Shown one piece after another: positions 59,920 through 64,000 of a stretch of DNA of 64,000 bases (positions are counted from its first letter, which is position 1; each line of letters begins with the position of its first letter). Location: contig NC_092680.1 of the NCBI RefSeq assembly GCF_964355755.1, forward strand, positions 1,116,001 to 1,180,000, in the 5' to 3' direction. Origin of the DNA: Antedon mediterranea (Eukaryota > Animalia > Echinodermata). Made by a program: the position numbers and the translations under genes. The notes under the pieces were generated by a model that was not told where the DNA came from, ran no database searches, and saw nothing but the letters and a program-made list of their open reading frames with translations.

Positions 59920-60410
59920 ACAGCGTGCGGCAGCTCAATTATTACAACGTGCGGCAGCTCAGTTATTACAACGTGCGGAAGCTAAGTTATTACATCGTGC
60001 GGCAGCTCAATTATTACAACGTGCGGCAGCTCAATTATTACAACGTGCGGCAGCTCAATTATTACAACGTGCGGCAGCTCAATTATTACAACGTGCGGCA
60101 GCTCAATTATTACAACGTGCGGCAGCTCAATTATTACAACATGCGGCAGCTCAATTATTATTACAACGTGCGGAAGCTCAGTTATTACAACGTGCGGAAG
60201 CTCAGTTATTACATCGTGCGGCAGTTCAGTTATTACAACGTGCGGCAGCTCAATTATTACAACGTGCGGCAGTTCAGTTATTACAACGTGCGGCAGCTCA
60301 ATTATTACAACGTGCGGCAGTTCAGTTATTACAAAGTGCATGCGTCCAGCTCATATATTACAACGTGCGGCAGCTCAGTTATTACAAAGTGCGACAGCTA
60401 AATTATTACG
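59920..60410. repeat. 24-bp minisatellite (~20 copies)
   Basis: Unit caacgtgcggcagctcaattatta. Confidence 0.92.
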
Positions 60411-61227
60411 AAGTGCTTTTTTTATCGTGTTATTTTTTAAAAGATGTACCTTGATACTAAAGTATTATTAAGCATGTCACTGATTTAAAAGTGTATATCC
60501 ATATTTAATAATAATTCCTGTGTTTAAATCTGTTGATTCTTGTAGAGCAGCCTGTCCAGGGAAGCGTAATATAACTGTACTCTTTAACGGATGACAAAGC
60601 GAGAAAAATACATACATTCAACCTAAATAATTGAACTCCAACGCATACATTTATCTTTTTATCAGCCATTAAAACTTTTGTGAAATTGTATAATAGAGTA
60701 ACTTGTTTGACCTTCAAATAAAATGCACGTTTAGATGTGTACAGCCAATCAAAGGCAGCCATTTCAGGTGTCCAGAAATCGACAATGCCCACAAAAAGCC
60801 ACATCGTCATCGGAAATTGTTAGTAGTGGAAAGTCGGTCGATCACTAGAGTAAGACGTAAGTTTTTAAATTTTATATACATTCTCTTTAACATGCCGAGC
60901 AGTGATCATTTAGTTTAGTTCATATTACCATTTTAGTTTTTGAAGATTAATTTACTTAATTAGGTATATTTTACAGATGTCAAAGTTCCGGTCTTTTATT
61001 GTTTGATGGTTTGCATGGCGAAATAAAATGTTAATATAGTTTGTGGTACACCACGTTTATTAGGTCTGAAAAGAACTGTTGAGTTTCTCGACGTTTCGAT
61101 CAATACGCGTTGATCAAAAGTTCTTTTATGTTTAGGGTATTGGAGCTTTACAGTTGTTTCAACAGCATTTCTCCATTTATTAGGTACACAGTACTACTAC
61201 AGGATACTTCAACCTAAATTATCCATC

Positions 61228-61710
61228 ATGAATAAATCGTTGGTCTGTGTTGCTGTTCTGCTGATACTGTCAGTGGTTGTTACGTCAACTGAAGGCTTGG
61301 CAGACATCGAGGTAGTATTATTATTTTTTGTAATATTAATAAATGAGTTTTATTTATTTCCATTATAATGAAGGATAGCTAGACGTGGAAAAAATTGACG
61401 CACGCGCACCCTTCAAACCACGTGATCAACTCGCGAAGTGCTTGTTGGGTGTAAATAATAATAAATTTGGTTACACTGAAAAATAAGGCTTATAGTTAGT
61501 AGTTCCAATGACCAGTAGACCAGTTAGTCTACGAAGCGATTTTTCTTATCAGAACTACTGAACTACTATATATATATATATTTTTCTTAGAACAATGCGA
61601 TGAATGCCATAAATGACAACAACGTCTATGAAGGGGCTAACAAGTTCCGGGGAAGAAGATTACTGAGTATAAATAGACGTCGACGAAGCGGAAAAAAGAC
61701 GGGTCTCTAG
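61228..61710 (+). CDS. Small secreted precursor, copy 2 (67 aa)
   Basis: Exons 61228-61311 and 61591-61710: ...VYEGANKFRGRRLLSINRRRRSGKKTGL*; same phase-0 intron position as copy 1. Confidence 0.8.
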
Positions 61711-62874
61711 AATATAACATCACTAGATATCAGAACAAAATATCCAATATTTACTTCATGATAATGACAATAGTTGGTGTGGTTTATCAGCTTATAATAT
61801 AATAATGGTCTTAATAGTGTTAAGTTTTGTCTAAACGTGTCGCGTAAATTCTTTCTTCATTTAATAATATAAATGGTTGCCATTATACGAACTCTTTATC
61901 CTATTTTATTTTATATCATGCATATAAATGACAATAATAATGATTTTTGAAAGCTTTGTTCTCTATTTCTTGTGTATGTAACACTTTTCAACTTTCAACC
62001 GCACATTGATTATTTACATATTATGATGTTTTGTTAATTGATTTTCATAATTGATCAACAATAAACACTAGTCCAGCAAACTCAGCTTTTTATTATAGTT
62101 TTATGTTCTATCTCAAATTCTTGCCAGGACGGTCGCACGTAACTTTACGACTGTATTAGGCATCATTATGACGTTGTCAGGATTTGAAATTGACTAAATA
62201 TATACTTTACTACGAATTAAATACGACATGAAAAATACGATTTTGTTATGGTATATTATTGTACGATGTAATTCTGGGCGCACTACGACGGACCCCGATT
62301 GACCGACAATGAACATTGGTGTACGATACCATTACGAATCGTAGCAAAAGTTGTGAACGTGGGAAAGAGGCATCACATGTGCTGTTTAAAGCGTGGTTCC
62401 CACTTAGAACGCAACGCAATGCAGCGACGTATCGACGCAATGTGCTGTATTGCGTAATCACATGTGGGAACCGACGACGCAAAACAGTGCTGGAAACATT
62501 GCAGGTTTTAATTTCACTGCGTCAATACGTCGTTGTAACAATGTATGTATGTATGTATTCATCAAGAAACTCCAGGTCGATTGTTGTTGGTAACCGTTGC
62601 TTGATATTATCATATAATAATAATATTAATAATGACGACAGGCGACATCGTATTGCTAAACCCATTCATATGGTCTGCTGGTGCTTTTCAATCAAAAGAA
62701 ACAAAATATTTTTCCTCATTTTAGATAAAATGATTATCGTTGACTTGCAGTAAACCAAGGAACAATCAACATTTTGTATTGAATATCCTAGCTGATTATT
62801 TCTATAAATAACCTTTATATTTTCAACGAGGTATATAATAACAATGATTTTGGCTTGTAAATATCCCCTCCCTC

Positions 62875-63035
62875 AAGCCGATTTTCCACTAGGCGAATTT
62901 GTTCGCGCGAATCGAAGGCGTCAGCTAATACGCATGCGTAGAGAAGGATTTGGAAGACGTAAACATGAATACACATGCGTACAAGCTGGCGCGTTCGATT
63001 CGCGCGAACAAATTCGCCTAGTGGAAAATCGGCTT
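62875..63035. mobile_element. Young MITE with ~40-bp near-perfect TIRs
   Basis: aagccgattttccactaggcgaatttgttcgcgcgaatcgaa ... ttcgattcgcgcgaacaaattcgcctagtggaaaatcggctt; related fragment at ~49080-49130. Confidence 0.85.
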
Positions 63036-63164
63036 TAAGCGTGGTTCTAGAACGCAACGCAACGACGTATTGACGCAAAGTGATGTATTGCGTAATCACA
63101 AGTGGGGCGTTTCATATACGTATAGTAGTTTAAGTAGATACGTACGTAATACGTATACCATTCT

Positions 63165-63290
63165 CACTCCTGAGGAGGATCAAAGCATATTGATCGCAAC
63201 GTCGATAAACTCAATAGTTCTTTTCATAACTAATACACGTGGTGTACCGCAAACTTTATATCAACATTTGATTTCGCCATGCAAACCTTC
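63165..63290 (+). mobile_element. Penelope-like terminal-repeat fragment with a degenerate hammerhead; inverted copy at ~61010-61115
   Basis: CTGAGGA-gGATCAA-agcata-TTGATC-GCAAC-gtcga (GAAA mutated); 61010-61115 is the reverse complement of 63190-63290 and keeps GAAAC but lacks CTGANGA. Confidence 0.6.
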
Positions 63291-64000
63291 AAACAATATA
63301 ATACTACTTTGAGCTTGTAAACAAAAATCGAAAGGTCGAATGGTGGCTAACATAAAAAAAACAATAAATACAGACTTGGGGCAAGTCTATAGTATACGTC
63401 ATGTAAATGTAAACGTTGGACAAAACGTAAAATCGGTATAAAAATCTAAATTTGTTGGATGGAAGAGGATCTCGCTGTGAGTTAAAACTCTCAAGGTTCG
63501 AATACAGGGAGATTATTTAATACAAGCAACATATTAGTTCCGTGCTATTCTCACAAGATCCTAAGCTCATAATTCAAAATTGGATTATATAATATTTCAA
63601 CATAATATTTAATAATAAACACGGTTTAACTGATTATTAATTGGAATTTTATTGTGTATCCAAAAACTAATACCGCCTTTTGTAAAATAATACCACTGAT
63701 CTATTCAGTCAAGAAGATTACACACATATTTTGCCATACAGACTTACAATTCCGTAACACGTCATACTCGATTCGGTACACAGAATATGAAGGGCCCACA
63801 CTATTATACGAGACGTATATTATTATCATTAAAACGAATATAATTGAAATGAATTACGCCTATAATTTACAAATATTTCATACATAATAATAATTGCGAG
63901 AAATAATAATACAATGATTTCTTTCCCACTTATTATAAACCTAAGAAGCATTGTGAGCATAATGAGACTCATGCATCAGCAGGTGATTGCGAAAAACGAT

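Noticed and set aside
59894-60454. QRAAAQLL-repeat ORF (186 aa) resembling an antifreeze or coiled-coil protein
   Set aside because: 24-bp minisatellite open in several frames; no signal peptide or splice context.

Overview
AT-rich, intron-containing eukaryotic DNA, probably from a marine invertebrate (an echinoderm-like deuterostome is my guess, not established). Reading splice sites by hand gives four spliced minus-strand genes: (1) a membrane-anchored HExxH zinc metallopeptidase on a mucin stalk (290-7676); (2) an Ig/FN3 cell-surface protein whose first Ig domain is interrupted by a Cys-rich module and a betaglycan/endoglin-orphan-like module (10293-18964); (3) an FN3+TSP1 receptor tyrosine kinase with an HGD catalytic loop (39809-48184); (4) proteasome subunit PSMB2 (50288-53763). 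On the plus strand are two near-identical 67-aa secreted precursors with a strongly cationic C-terminus (58413-59172, 61228-61710). The most unusual region is 19.7-37.4 kb: a ~16-kb satellite in which each 103-bp unit is a complete minus-strand acceptor/41-nt microexon/donor cassette (roughly 100 copies), lying between a promoter-like region with a first exon and gene 2. Genes 1 and 2 share homologous transmembrane and tail exons despite unrelated ectodomains. The window also holds many MITEs, SINE fragments, minisatellites and a Penelope-type minimal hammerhead ribozyme. Most long ORFs in the supplied track are minisatellite artefacts. All gene models are hand-read and lack transcript support.
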